From NCBI GenBank assembly GCA_043228905.1, contig JBHGNT010000005.1, forward strand, positions 16,802,001 through 16,866,000: a DNA stretch of 64,000 nt, written 5' to 3'. The notes below the pieces were generated by a model, which did no database searches, was not told the origin of the DNA, and saw only the letters and a program-made list of their open reading frames with translations. The stretch is from Azolla caroliniana (Eukaryota > Plantae > Polypodiophyta). A program made the position numbers and the translations under genes. This document shows, piece after piece, positions 10,849 through 22,533 of the stretch (position 1 is the stretch's first letter; every line of letters starts with the position of its first letter).

Positions 10849-11941
10849 TGTCGTGAAGATTTTCGGCAACGGTGTCAAAATTGCATGGAATGAACAAAAT
10901 TGAGTGTGGTTATTCACACACAAGACATGAATCAATAATGGTGAAGATACTATTTTAGATTAGCTTAATATCTTGGTACGGGAAGATGGAGGTCTTCAAG
11001 AGCTTCCGAATCTACTTTTCTACATTTGAAACGGACAACTAAATGTCAAGTTATGTGAAGTTTGAGAAGAAGAAGAGAAAAACAAAACTATGAGATATCC
11101 CATATAGATAGGACAAATCAGGATCCCACAATATATAAGTAGAGCCAGAACTTATTACTTTCTGTCTATGTGTGGAGCACATAATGTTCTTGGGCTAAAC
11201 TCTAGCTCAACTACTCGTAATGGTTCCAGAGGACCCCGAACGGACAGCACCGGAACCGGACCGGATTGGATCGCCAGATTGGATAGACGGATCAATCGGA
11301 TAAGTTGATCGCAACGATTTGGGTTTGAAATGAACAAAATCATCTTGACTAAAAAACACCTAGTAAAAATTTGTATAAAAAGGGATGCAAGCAAGGCTTG
11401 AACCTTGTACCTCCAAGTTAGGAGGCAATAGACTCACCACTAAACCAGGTCACTTCTTTAGAAATATTTTTCCTATCATTATACTTTTACATGTAAATTC
11501 TCATATTAGAGCTTGATTGAGTGACATGGTTATCATGCATCACATGTAATGCATGAGCGCCAAATGGCAAATATGCATCACATGCATTCCATGCATTGTA
11601 TGCATGTCTTGTACCCTCACATACATCATATGGATGGGGGTGTCTATAAAAGAGTGGATGAAAAAGATCAAGTGGAGCTATGTATTAATCAAGAATTTAA
11701 GAAGAAGAAAATTCGTTATCCAATTGATGATATATCTTGTTCCTCAAATCTAAAGTCAAGAGTTCAATCTTAATCTCTCTAAGTCTAAAGTCAAGCGTTC
11801 TATCTTATCTCAATCTCTCTCACTTTCAATCTATCTTAAATACTTTCTCGCTAAAGCTAGTGCAAACTTTGAATCCTTCCGGTGCAGAACCCCGGCGGTT
11901 CCACCTCACGATCCGCACGTAGTGACGGATTTTTCACGACA
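10849..11941 (+). repeat. 3' LTR of Gypsy family A copy 1
   Basis: TGTCGTGAA...TTCACGACA termini, preceded by GGTGGGGGTGGA. Homologous to 52929-54059 (minus strand). Confidence 0.88.
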
Positions 11942-12224
11942 ACGGTCCTCTTCCCATTCGGAGGGACATGTTTCCCAACATTCTATATACTAGAACCTTC
12001 TAGAATACTCTACAAACCTTCTAGACTCTATACTCTAGAATGTCCTAGAAGATTCTAGAGTGTTCTATATAATTCTGTTGGGACTTATAAATAAGGATTT
12101 CTCAATCATCCCAAAACCAAATTGGTTCAACGTCATTCTATAACTCTCTTTTGGCTACTCTTTCTAATCCTTCTTACAGTGCAATATAATACTTTCCTTT
12201 CAATTCTCTCTCTCTCTCTCTCTC

Positions 12225-12432
12225 TTTTATCGTAATTACCTTACCCTAGTGGTAAGTCGATAACACTACAAGCACGTCTTGGGTTCGAAACCCAATTTCC
12301 TCACCTCTCTATTATATACTTCATATATATCTCTATTTCACTAGATGCCGCTATGGAATGTAGGGGTTGAACCCATGACCACCTGGTCTCCATTGGGCAC
12401 CCTTACCAACTGAGCTACATCCATCTGGGTTC
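12225..12432. mobile_element. Two opposed tRNA-derived (SINE-like) modules between (CT)n tracts
   Basis: Plus strand: TAGTGGTAAG (A box) ... GGTTCGAAACC (B box). Minus strand: TAGCTCAGTTGGTAAG ... GGTTCAACCCC. Confidence 0.5.
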
Positions 12433-12452
12433 TCTTTCTCTCTCTCTCTCTC

Positions 12453-15376
12453 TTATTTCAAATCCAAAGGGGAAGTTATTGTCTTTAGTGACATGAATGC
12501 TCGTACAAGAAGTTTCCAACTTGATTCACAAGAATCTTTCATGCCACATATCTCAAGGATGCAAGAGGAATTTCTTATTGCAAATGGTATTTCCTTATGG
12601 CCCAACACTAATGGTTTTACATGTAGAAAACACAACGGAAATAGTGTGATTGACTATGTGCTACTTTCCGAAGGTATTTTGGATCGTATACATAAATTCT
12701 CACTTGGTGAATGGACACCGGAATCCAATCATAGGCCTTTATGTATTGATATCAAATGTATGCATAGGTTTGATTGTGAGAAGGCTATTGAAGATAATAA
12801 ACAACCGCACTTGAGCATGAACCTTAAACGAGCACCCATGTATTCCAAGATGGTTGAGGATATGTTACAAATGACAAAGATACAACATGGTGCCACACTA
12901 GAATGCAAATGGGAAGCTTTCAAGAAAGTCATTCTCTCATGTACAAACAAATGTTTTTCGACCAACCGCATATCTTGGAAATGCACCAAGAAACTTAGGA
13001 AAAAATGGTTTGATAAAGAATGTCGTGAATCTCGAAAGTGCCTTATGGTTTTGGATGTAGTTAAGGATAAAGAGAATTACCAAAAGCATTTGCATGAGTA
13101 TAAAAGGCTTATTCAAAGAAAGAGAAGAATATGGGAAGCTACTCAACAATTTATCCAAACGCAAGAGAAAGCACATGCATGAGCTAAATTTTGGGGAAAT
13201 CTAAAGGGAAAACGTGTTGAGAGTTATGGTGACTTAACTCTTCACGACTTGTCTATGCATTGTAAGAATTTATATGAGTTATCTCTTGCCGGAAAGATAA
13301 TGTGTTATGGTTCTCTTTCACATATGCCTCCTTTCTTTACAATTGAAGATATATGCATAGGACTTAAGAAATTGGCCTCTCGAAAGGCAAGCGATCTTCA
13401 ATGTATAAAGGCTGAAATGCTCAAATGGACGGGAAAGGAAGCACATATATGGATAAGTGATATGTTTAATGATGCATTGCAACATGGTATGTCGTACAAT
13501 TGGACTACAAATTGGATCAAACCTTTACATAAAGGTGGAGATATAAATAATGTAAAAAACTATCGAACCATCATGGTTGGCTCATTAATGGAAAAACTAT
13601 TTGGATGTATAATGGAATCAAAGATAAGTGTATGGGCTGAAAAAAGTGGTAAGAGAGCTTATGGACAAGCTGGCTTTCGGAAACACCATAGCACCATTGA
13701 TCACCTTATCACCCTTCGAGTATTAATGGAGGAAAGTCGCCTTAGAGGTAAAGGTTTATATTGTTGCTTTGTAGACTTCACAAAAGCTTTTGATATGGTA
13801 CCTCGTGAGCATCTTTGGAGGCGAATGGAAGAACTTGAGGTGCCAAGTGAATATATGCTTGCAATTTCCCGAATTTATGAGAAGGTTATATATGTTGTGT
13901 GCGCATGAGAGATAAACTTTCAGATTTTTTCAAAAGCACTATTGGTGTTAAGCAAGGATGCCCACTCTCACCAACACTATTTGGTCTATGCATTGATGAA
14001 TTGGAAGAAATGGTTACCAAGTTTGCAAAGGAAGAATGTGTTGAAGAAGTTGCCATTGGGAATGTTGTGATTATGCTTTTGCTATATGCAGATGATGTAG
14101 TGCTTTTTGCAAATATTTTAGGAGATGCACAAAAGCTTATGAAGGCATTGGAAAATTTTTGCATGCATACTAAATTAAGTGTCAATAGCTCTAAAACAAA
14201 GATTATTCTTGTGAAGAGCCAAAAAAGAGATAAACCATACATTATGTACAACAATGAGCCACTTGAATGTGTAGAAAGCTTCAAATATCTTGGCCTTGAA
14301 GTTCCTTCAAATCATTGATTGACTGAATGTGCTACACGCCGCTTAGAGGCGGGTAAGCGAGCATACTATGCATTTGAGAACACATGCAATCTTGGAGATA
14401 TTAAGTGTTGGGTCCTCAAGAAATATCTTTTCGACACTTTGGTGACACCGGTTCTTCTCTATGGGGTGGAAGTATGGGGCGGTAGCATCCCTAAATCTAT
14501 GTGGAAAGAGTTTGAAAATGTCCAAAAGCATTTTCTTACCAAGTTTCTACAAGTTAAGAAACAAACTCCGTACACCCTCCTCCTTGAGACGGGATTGCTT
14601 CCCATTGAGATCATGGCCATGGAAAGGGTTGTTGAATACATGCTTAAGGTTCAAAAAAGTCCCTCACATCGACTTCCTAGACTTGCGTGGGAAGCAAGTA
14701 AAAAGATCCAAAAGACGCATAAAAGCAAAATTTTGTGTTCCGGTTGGATGCAAGATATAGAAAAATGGTTTGGTAGATGGGATGTGAAACACTTCCTTCA
14801 TGATGCATCATTAGATTCCTCTATAAATGAGGCATTTTTGCAACGCCAATGTATCATGACATGGGACAAATGTGGAGGCTCACGCTTCACACATTATACT
14901 ACACATGTTGCACCTGACTACAAAACCATATTCTGTGCGGAACGGGGAAATCGTACACATCCATACATGTTAGAGCCCATACCGTTATTTGCCATTCGAA
15001 CCATTGCTTCCATGTGACTTAGCTCACATGCATTGCGATGTGAAACAGGGCGTTGGGGCACAAGTGATGAGAGTGGTCGGTTATGCACACTTTGCCCTAA
15101 ACAAGTTCGCGAGTCTAAGTATCACACTTTGATACAATGCTCTGCCTTTGATCATATTCGACCATGCTTTCCACATCTCTTCGATCGAGCCCAATCTTTG
15201 CATGAATTCCTCTCACAACCACAATGTGCACTCTCGATTGCAACATTCATTGGTAAAGTTCTTGAACATCGAGAGTCACTACTCACTTTCACACGTATCA
15301 CGTGAAATGTAATATTTTTGGTCTCATTGGTCATATTTGACCTCCGAAGACGATAATATAATCTATCTATCTATCT
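12453..15376 (+). mobile_element. 5'-truncated non-LTR retrotransposon (LINE, RTEX-like), decayed ORF2
   Basis: End of an APE endonuclease (VIDYVL..SNHRP), RT motifs (QAGFR, FVDFTKAFD, GVKQGCPLSP, LLYADD, FKYLG), a C-terminal CxxC..H..C, and an (ATCT)n tail at ~15361-15376. Flanked by (CT)n. The clade call is tentative. Confidence 0.85.
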
Positions 15377-15784
15377 CTCTCTCTCTCTCGACAATTTGAG
15401 CCAATTTTTTCATTTCTTCTTCTTCCACGAACCCTAACAAGTTCACTTCTTTCTTCTCCTCTATCCTCATAAGTTATGGAGTTCATGAGAAAACAAGAAT
15501 ATATGCGTGTTCTTTCTTAGCTCGACATGCTCATGAATAAATTTGTGGCATTAGTGCATGAAAATCAAAGGCTACTTGGGGACCTACAACAAGTGAGTAC
15601 CGAAAAAGCTCAACAATATGAAGAGTTATCACAACGGGTTCACCAACTCGAGGATACTATATTATCATTATGAGAACAAGCGTTGAGGGCTCAGAACTCC
15701 CCTAGAGAACCAAAGATTAGCCTCCCCACTAAGTTTGATGGTACGAGGTCTTTATTTTGAGGCTTTTTGAATCAAGTTCATTTG

Positions 15785-16430
15785 TGTTGGGATTTCGGTC
15801 CCTCCGGATGGGATGTCCCCGGAGATAAATGACGGCAAGCCCGGTTGCGGTTACGGAACCGGATGATGAAGAGTGCCCGGCATGAAGCCGGATGAAGAGT
15901 ACCCGGATACGGATCCGGATGATGAAGACCCCGGCTACGGAGCCGGATGACGAATGTACCCGGAGAGAGAGATCCGGATGCGGGGACATGTTTGTGAATA
16001 TGTTTGCCAAGAGCCCCTTCGGGCTATATTTGTAAATAGCCCGAAAGTCATATGTGTATAAATATGACTTAGGGCAAACAGTTTATGCTGCTGCTTATTT
16101 TCTGTTTTTCACTTAGAGGGAGCGAAGTGAGAGCAGCCGAGAGAGAGAGAGAGAGAGAAACGAAGAGGTCGACGCCTCTGTGTAATACCGCCGCCTGTGG
16201 CGAGGACAGCGAGCTCAAGGTCGTTGCCTTGCAGCTCGCCATTGTATATTCCAGTGTATAGTGATCGTTGGAGTAGTGCACTCCCGTGGTTTTTCCCGTT
16301 TAGGGTTTTCCACGTTATACCCTGTGTATTCGTCTCTCTGTGTCTTTTTTTCCCATTTTCTGCTGTATTGATCCGTGTCCTCTCGGTTGTGGCCGAGAGG
16401 CGAAAGATTTGATAGCGTCATTTCCCAACA
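15785..16430 (+). repeat. Copia 5' LTR (646 bp)
   Basis: Matches the 3' LTR except that it has one fewer 56-bp internal tandem unit. Confidence 0.96.
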
Positions 16431-16459
16431 AACTGGTATCAGAGCGACTGTTGCAGAAA

Positions 16460-19400
16460 ATGGAAGGCGGCGGCAGCGGGCAGCCGATGATGATGGTGCT
16501 GAATGCACAGAATTACGCCGACTGGAAGATCAAGATGGAGGATCTTCTGATTGTTCGGGACCTGTACGAACCGATTGACAGGTCGGAAATACCGAAGGGG
16601 GTACTTGAGTCGGAGTGGAAGCTCCTGAACCGGAAAGCCGTAGCGACGATCCGACAATATGTCGATGTAAGCGTACTACAACATGTGGCGAACGACACCA
16701 ACGCATATGAGATGTGGAAGAAGCTGTCGGGCCTCTACGAGAGGAAGAATGCGTTGAACCGGACCTCCCTGATGAGGAAGATTGTGAATCTCAAGTACCG
16801 GGACGGCGAGAGTATGGTGGAACACGTAAGCACGTTCATGGGATTCGTGAATCAGCTTGCGGCGATCAAGTTCCCGTTGGAGGATGCAATGCAAGCCATC
16901 ATCCTGATGTGCACATTGCCGGAAAGCTGGGAGAACTTGGTGGTGACCCTCAGCACCTCCTGCACCGAAGATAACTTCTCCTTACAAACGGTAAAGACAA
17001 GTATTCTGAATGAGGAAGCGCGTCGGAGAGATAAAGAACCGGCCTCCGACTCGAAGGCGCTGCTTACCGAATCGGAACGGGGAAGACAATGGAATCGGAG
17101 TCCGCAAAGACGGGAGAAGTCGGGGACCCGGTCGCAGTCAAGAGGAAGACCCACATGCTTCCACTGTGGGAAGCCGGGGCACTTCCGGAAGAATTGTCGG
17201 CATTACCGAAAGGACAACGGAGCCGACGACACCGATTTGAAGAAGTCACCGGAGAGAAACGGTGCATACCGGGGAGCCACGGATCGGAGAGGTCCGGATC
17301 GGCGAGGGCAGGACCGGAAAGGAACGACGGCATTCGCGGCAAGTGAAGAAGAGATAATGCTCATGACCGAAGAGACGGAGCTAAACCTTGCCGGTGAAGA
17401 GATGACCTGGGTGGTCGATTCCGGAGCGTCGTTCCACCTGACCCCGGAGAAGAAATACTTCTCATCCTACACAGCCGGTGAGCATGGCTGTGTCCGGATG
17501 GGAAATGAAGGCACATGCCGGATTGCCGGCATAGGAGACGTGTGGCTGATGACATCAACCGGATGCAAGATGCTGCTGAAGGATGTGCGACACGTTCCGG
17601 AGGTCCGATTGAACCTGATCTCGGCCGGGAGGCTAGATGATGAAGGCTACACGGGCAGCATCCGGAACGGGGTCATGAAGTTCAGCAAAGGGAGCCTGAT
17701 TGTGGCTCGGGCCCGGAAAGACAACACACTGTACCTGATGAATGCCCGGTTATGTCCAGAAGAGTTGAACGTGGCAGACGACACTACCGGTGAGCTGTGG
17801 CACAAGAGACTGTGCCACATGAGTGAGAAGGGGATGAAGAGGCTTGCAGAAGACAACCTCATTCCAGTGAAGCATGTGCACCTGGAGAAGTGCACCGACT
17901 GCCAGGCCGGTAAGCAAAACCGGACCTCCTTCCACTCAAGGCCACCGACGAGACGTAGCGCACCATTGGAGTTGGTGCACACTGACGTGTGTCAGGTAGA
18001 GACGAAGTCACATGGCGGAGCCCAGTACTTTGTAACATTCATCGATGATCATAGCCGAAAACTGTGGACGGCACCATTGAAGACAAAGGACCAAGTACTG
18101 TCCGTCTTCAAAGAACTCCACGCGAGAGTGGAAAGGGAATCCGGCAAGAAGCTGAAAGCGATACGAGCAGATAACGGAGGGGAATACCGGGGGCAGTTCC
18201 AGGAGTACTGTCGCTCGAAGGGTATCCGGCTCGAGTTTACTGTGCCGAAGACGCCGGAACTGAACGGGCTGGCCGAGAGGATGAACCGGACCATAATGGA
18301 GAGGGTCCGGAGTATGCTGGCGCATGCGAAATTACCCAAGGGATTTTGGGCTGAGGCAATGTCGACGGCGACGTATGTGATAAATAGATCACCCTCAGTA
18401 CCTTTGGACGGAGACACGCCGCAGAAAGTGTGGACCGGTAAGGAAGTGTCCTACCGGCATCTGAAGGTGTTCGGGTGTCTCGCATACGTGCATGTGGCAA
18501 AGGACCGGAGAGGAAAGTTAGATCCAAAGACCCGGCCATGCATATTCCTCGGTTACGGCGACGACGAGTTCGGCTACCGAGTATGGGACCCGGTCAACAA
18601 GAAGATATTCAGGAGTCGAGATATCATCTTCATGGAGGACAAGACACTCGCCGACTGGGAGTCGGAGAAGAAGATGAAGAGCTCCAAGTCGACCGGTGAG
18701 GATCAACTCTACAAGGAGCAGTCCCGACCGGCAAGGGACCGGTTAGCACTCGAGGATCCGGCCGAAGACGGTGAAGAAACAGAACCGGCCGAAGAAGATG
18801 AAAACGATACCGGAACCGGCCCCGATCCCGAAATGGATTCGGATGAAGAAGAATCGGAAGAACCGGTTACCGAAGCTCCGGAACGGAGATACCCTCTAAG
18901 AGAGAGAAGGGCCCCCCGGAGATTTCCGGAACCAGAGCACGTGTTGCTAACCGACGAGGGGGAGCCGGAGAGCTTTGACGAAGCAAAGCATGACACCCAG
19001 AGCCGCAGGTGGTTGAGTGCCATGCAGGACGAGATGGATTCCCTGCATGAGAACCACACATATGAACTTGTGGAGTTGCCGAAAGGAAAGCGGGCACTTC
19101 GAAACAAGTGGGTGTTCAAGCTGAAACTGGGAGATGCCGGAAACCCCCCGAGATACAAAGCCAGGATCGTGGTGAAGGGGTTTTAGCAGAAGAAGGGCGT
19201 CGACTTCGACGAGATATTTGCCCCGGTAGTGAAGATGACCTCCATCCAGACGGTGCTGAGCATAGCGGCAAGCATGGACCTCGAGGTAGAACAGATGGAC
19301 GTGAAGACGGCATTCCTTCACGGTGACCTCGATGAAGAGATCTACATGCAGCAACCGGAAGGATTCGAGAAGAAAGGGAAGGAGCACCTGGTATGCCGGT

Positions 19401-20533
19401 TGAAGAAGAGCCTTTACGGACTGAAGCAGGCTCCCCGGCAATGGTACCGGAAGTTCGACTCCTTCATGACCGACGAAGGGTACCACAAAACGCAGTCTGA
19501 TCACTGCGTGTTTGTGAAGAAGTTCGAAGGAGGAGATTTTCTAATACTCCTTCTGTACGTGGACGACATGTTGATCGTCGGACGGGACCAGGTCAAGATA
19601 CGGATGCTGAAGAAGGCTCTTCACCGAACCTTCTCAATGAAGGACTTGGGTCCGGCGAGGCAAATACTAGGGATGCACATCATCCGGAACCGGAAGAAGA
19701 AGCAGTTGTGGCTGTCACAGGAAAAGTACGTGACGAAGGTGCTTCACCGGTTCAACATGTCGGAAGCAAGACCGGTCGGATCGACCCTCCCGGCAAACTG
19801 CAAACTGTCCAGCAAGCAAAGCCCCAAGACAAAGGCTGAGAAGGAGGACATGATGAAAGTACCATATGCCTCTGCCATCGGAAGCTTAATGTACGCAATG
19901 GTGTGTACAAGACCGGACATAGGATATGCAGTTGGAGTGGTGAGCCGGTACATGAGCAATCCCGGCAAAGAGCACTGGAACGCGGTCAAGTGGATACTCC
20001 GATACCTGAAGGGCACGGCAAACGTGTGCCTCCGATTCGGCTCCGGTAAACCCGAACTCGACGGTTTCACCGATTCGGATATGTCGGCTGATGCAGATAC
20101 CAGCCGGTCCACATCAGGGTATGTGATGACGTATGCAGGGGGAGCCGTTTCGTGGCAGTCGAGACTGCAGAAGACGGTTGCGTTGTCAACCACGGAGGCG
20201 GAGTACATGGCAGCTGTTGAAGCCGGCAAGGAAATAATATGGATGAAGGACTTCATTAGAGAGCTCGGTATCCGGCAAGAGGAGTACCGACTCTACTGCG
20301 ACAGTCAGAGTGCCATCCACCTTGCGAAGAACGCGGCCTACCATTCCCGGACGAAGCACATCCAGCGAAGATATCACTGGATCCGGGAAAGGATAGAAGA
20401 CCAGGAGTTCGTGCTGACGAAGATCCACACGGACGAGAACGGCTCAGATATGCTGACCAAAGTGCTCACACCCGACAAGTTGGAAGCATGCCGGAAGAGG
20501 ATTGGATTGGAGAGACATCCCATGCCGAAGTGA
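16460..20533 (+). CDS. Copia gag-pol polyprotein with one in-frame TAG (19184-19186) in RT
   Basis: Zinc knuckle CFHCGKPGHFRKNC, protease WVVDSGAS, integrase (FIDD, RADNGGEY, NGLAER), RT (QMDVKTAFLHG, YVDDM), RNase H (FTDSD, AEY, SDMLTK). ORFs 16340-19186 and 19229-20533 are in the same frame. Confidence 0.93.
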
Positions 20534-20543
20534 AGGGGGAGTT

Positions 20544-21245
20544 TGTTGGGATTTCGGTCCCTCCGGATGGGATGTCCCCGGAGATAAATGACGGCAAGCC
20601 CGGTTGCGGTTACGGAACCGGATGATGAAGAGTGCCCGGCATGAAGCCGGATGAAGAGTACCCGGATACGGATCCGGATGATGAAGAGTACCCGGCATGA
20701 AGCCGGATGAAGAGTACCCGGATACGGATCCGGATGATGAAGACCCCGGCTACGGAGCCGGATGACGAATGTACCCGGAGAGAGAGATCCGGATGCGGGG
20801 ACATGTTTGTGAATATGTTTGCCAAGAGCCCCTTCGGGCTATATTTGTAAATAGCCCGAAAGTCATATGTGTATAAATATGACTTAGGGCAAACAGTTTA
20901 TGCTGCTGCTTATTTTCTGTTTTTCACTTAGAGGGAGCGAAGTGAGAGCAGCCGAGAGAGAGAGAGAGAGAGAAACGAAGAGGTCGACGCCTCTGTGTAA
21001 TACCGCCGCCTGTGGCGAGGACAGCGAGCTCAAGGTCGTTGCCTTGCAGCTCGCCATTGTATATTCCAGTGTATAGTGATCGTTGGAGTAGTGCACTCCC
21101 GTGGTTTTTCCCGTTTAGGGTTTTCCACGTTATACCCTGTGTATTCGTCTCTCTGTGTCTTTTTTTCCCATTTTCTGCTGTATTGATCCGTGTCCTCTCG
21201 GTTGTGGCCGAGAGGCGAAAGATTTGATAGCGTCATTTCCCAACA
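20544..21245 (+). repeat. Copia 3' LTR (702 bp)
   Basis: Direct repeat of 15785-16430. Confidence 0.96.
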
Positions 21246-22533
21246 ATTTGGTTATTCACCTACATCCCAATCGGTACCCAACTGACGTTGCTCATGTGGG
21301 ATTCATGGGAACCTTGCTATGCGGTACAGCTTTAGCATGGTTTGCACCACTCCTTGAGAAGAAATCACTATTGTTGGAGGATTTCGAGGCATTTATTACA
21401 GAGTTTCAAGCTAGTTTCGAAGACACCGACAACACTAGGATGGCGATAAACTAGATTTGAAGGCTCTCATAAGGAGATCGTCCCGCGTCGGCTTACGTAG
21501 CTTATTTCTGTCTCTTGGCATGTGATATCCCTTGGGATGAGGCGGCCTTAATGGATCAATTCCATCAAGGTTTGCGTAATGATGTCAACTATCTTCTTCT
21601 TACTTTCCATGAAGATCCGAAGTCTCTTACAGAGGCCATTAGTCGAGCCGTGCGATGTGATAATCGCCTATTTGAACGACGTTCTAAGTGCCAACAAATG
21701 TTACGCTTCCAACTAGAATAGACTCACACTTTGGTAGTTTCCAGACCCATTACAAGGGATGACCAAACTCTGATGGAAATAGAGTCAACACAACATCGAG
21801 GGCCTTTATCAGATGCTGCGAAGCAATGACGTCGCGCGCACCACGTATGAATATATTGTGGAAGCCCAGGATATATAGATGTGAATTGTCCACATAAACC
21901 TAGACGTTTAGTATACCAAGTAAGTGCACATGACAACCCTACTTCAAGTTCCATTGTTACTTCTAATAACATAAGTAAGCCTAATAGTCCATGCCATGAG
22001 AATAGATTCTATGTCTTGAGCCAAGTAGAGGATGTGTTAAACGAGTAAGTCCAACCAAAATAGGAGCCATTTGGTTGGACCATCCTAGCTATGTAAAGTT
22101 AGTTCCTAGTTGTGGTTCCATTTCATCAAATCAAGTGAGTAGAGTTTTTTCTGCACAAGTCGAGCTTACCACATCTACATGTCATCGAGCCATAGCCTCT
22201 GTCTTCCTAGATTCCAGAGTCAACTCTTGTTTCATGGATCGTTAATTTGCATTGTCAGAAAACATTGCCTTGAATAAACTCACGAACTCAGTAGCCATAG
22301 TAGTCATAGATGGCCGTCCCATAGCATCAGGTGATATAAAAGAGAACCCAATAGTTCTAGGTCTCCCTTGGTTTGAACTCCATAACCCGAAGATTGATTG
22401 GATGAAAAGAACAATTCAGGACACCCAGGAAACAAGATCAAAGTTCGCATCCCTCAGATCTCCTACATTTGATACTAGATCCCATAAGTTATCGACCATC
22501 TCTCTACATCAGTTACGTGAGGAAGGGGGGAAC

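Larger units (their letters stand above)
1..11941 (+). mobile_element. Ty3/Gypsy LTR retrotransposon (family A, copy 1). The 5' part lies outside the window and the element is interrupted by the DNA transposon at 1906-9484
   Basis: Fragments of RT (YSGYDQF, LPQGATNS, PFLDDIPIKG), RNase H (IDTSPTGIAW..RELWGIV) and integrase (GHRG..WWP..C..C; YNPEVNGKIER). A purine tract precedes the 3' LTR. The pol sequence rejoins exactly across the 1906-9484 insertion. Confidence 0.9.
15785..21245 (+). mobile_element. Full-length, very young Ty1/Copia element
   Basis: LTRs at 15785-16430 and 20544-21245 (TG...CA). TSD ATTTG (15780-15784 / 21246-21250). PBS TGGTATCAGAGC (tRNA-iMet) at 16434-16445. PPT GAAGGGGGAG. 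Confidence 0.97.

Noticed and set aside
12245-12425. Functional tRNA genes
   Set aside because: A and B boxes are present but I could not build complete cloverleaves, so these are treated as tRNA-derived repeats.
19184-19192. Programmed stop-codon readthrough in the Copia
   Set aside because: The stop falls inside RT rather than at a gag/pol boundary and lacks the UAG-CAR-YYA context. A CAG>TAG mutation is simpler.
16375-20428. Many short overlapping and antisense ORFs in GC-rich retroelements (also 33900-42900 and 57400-63650)
   Set aside because: They are shadow ORFs of GC-rich coding sequence with no recognisable motifs.
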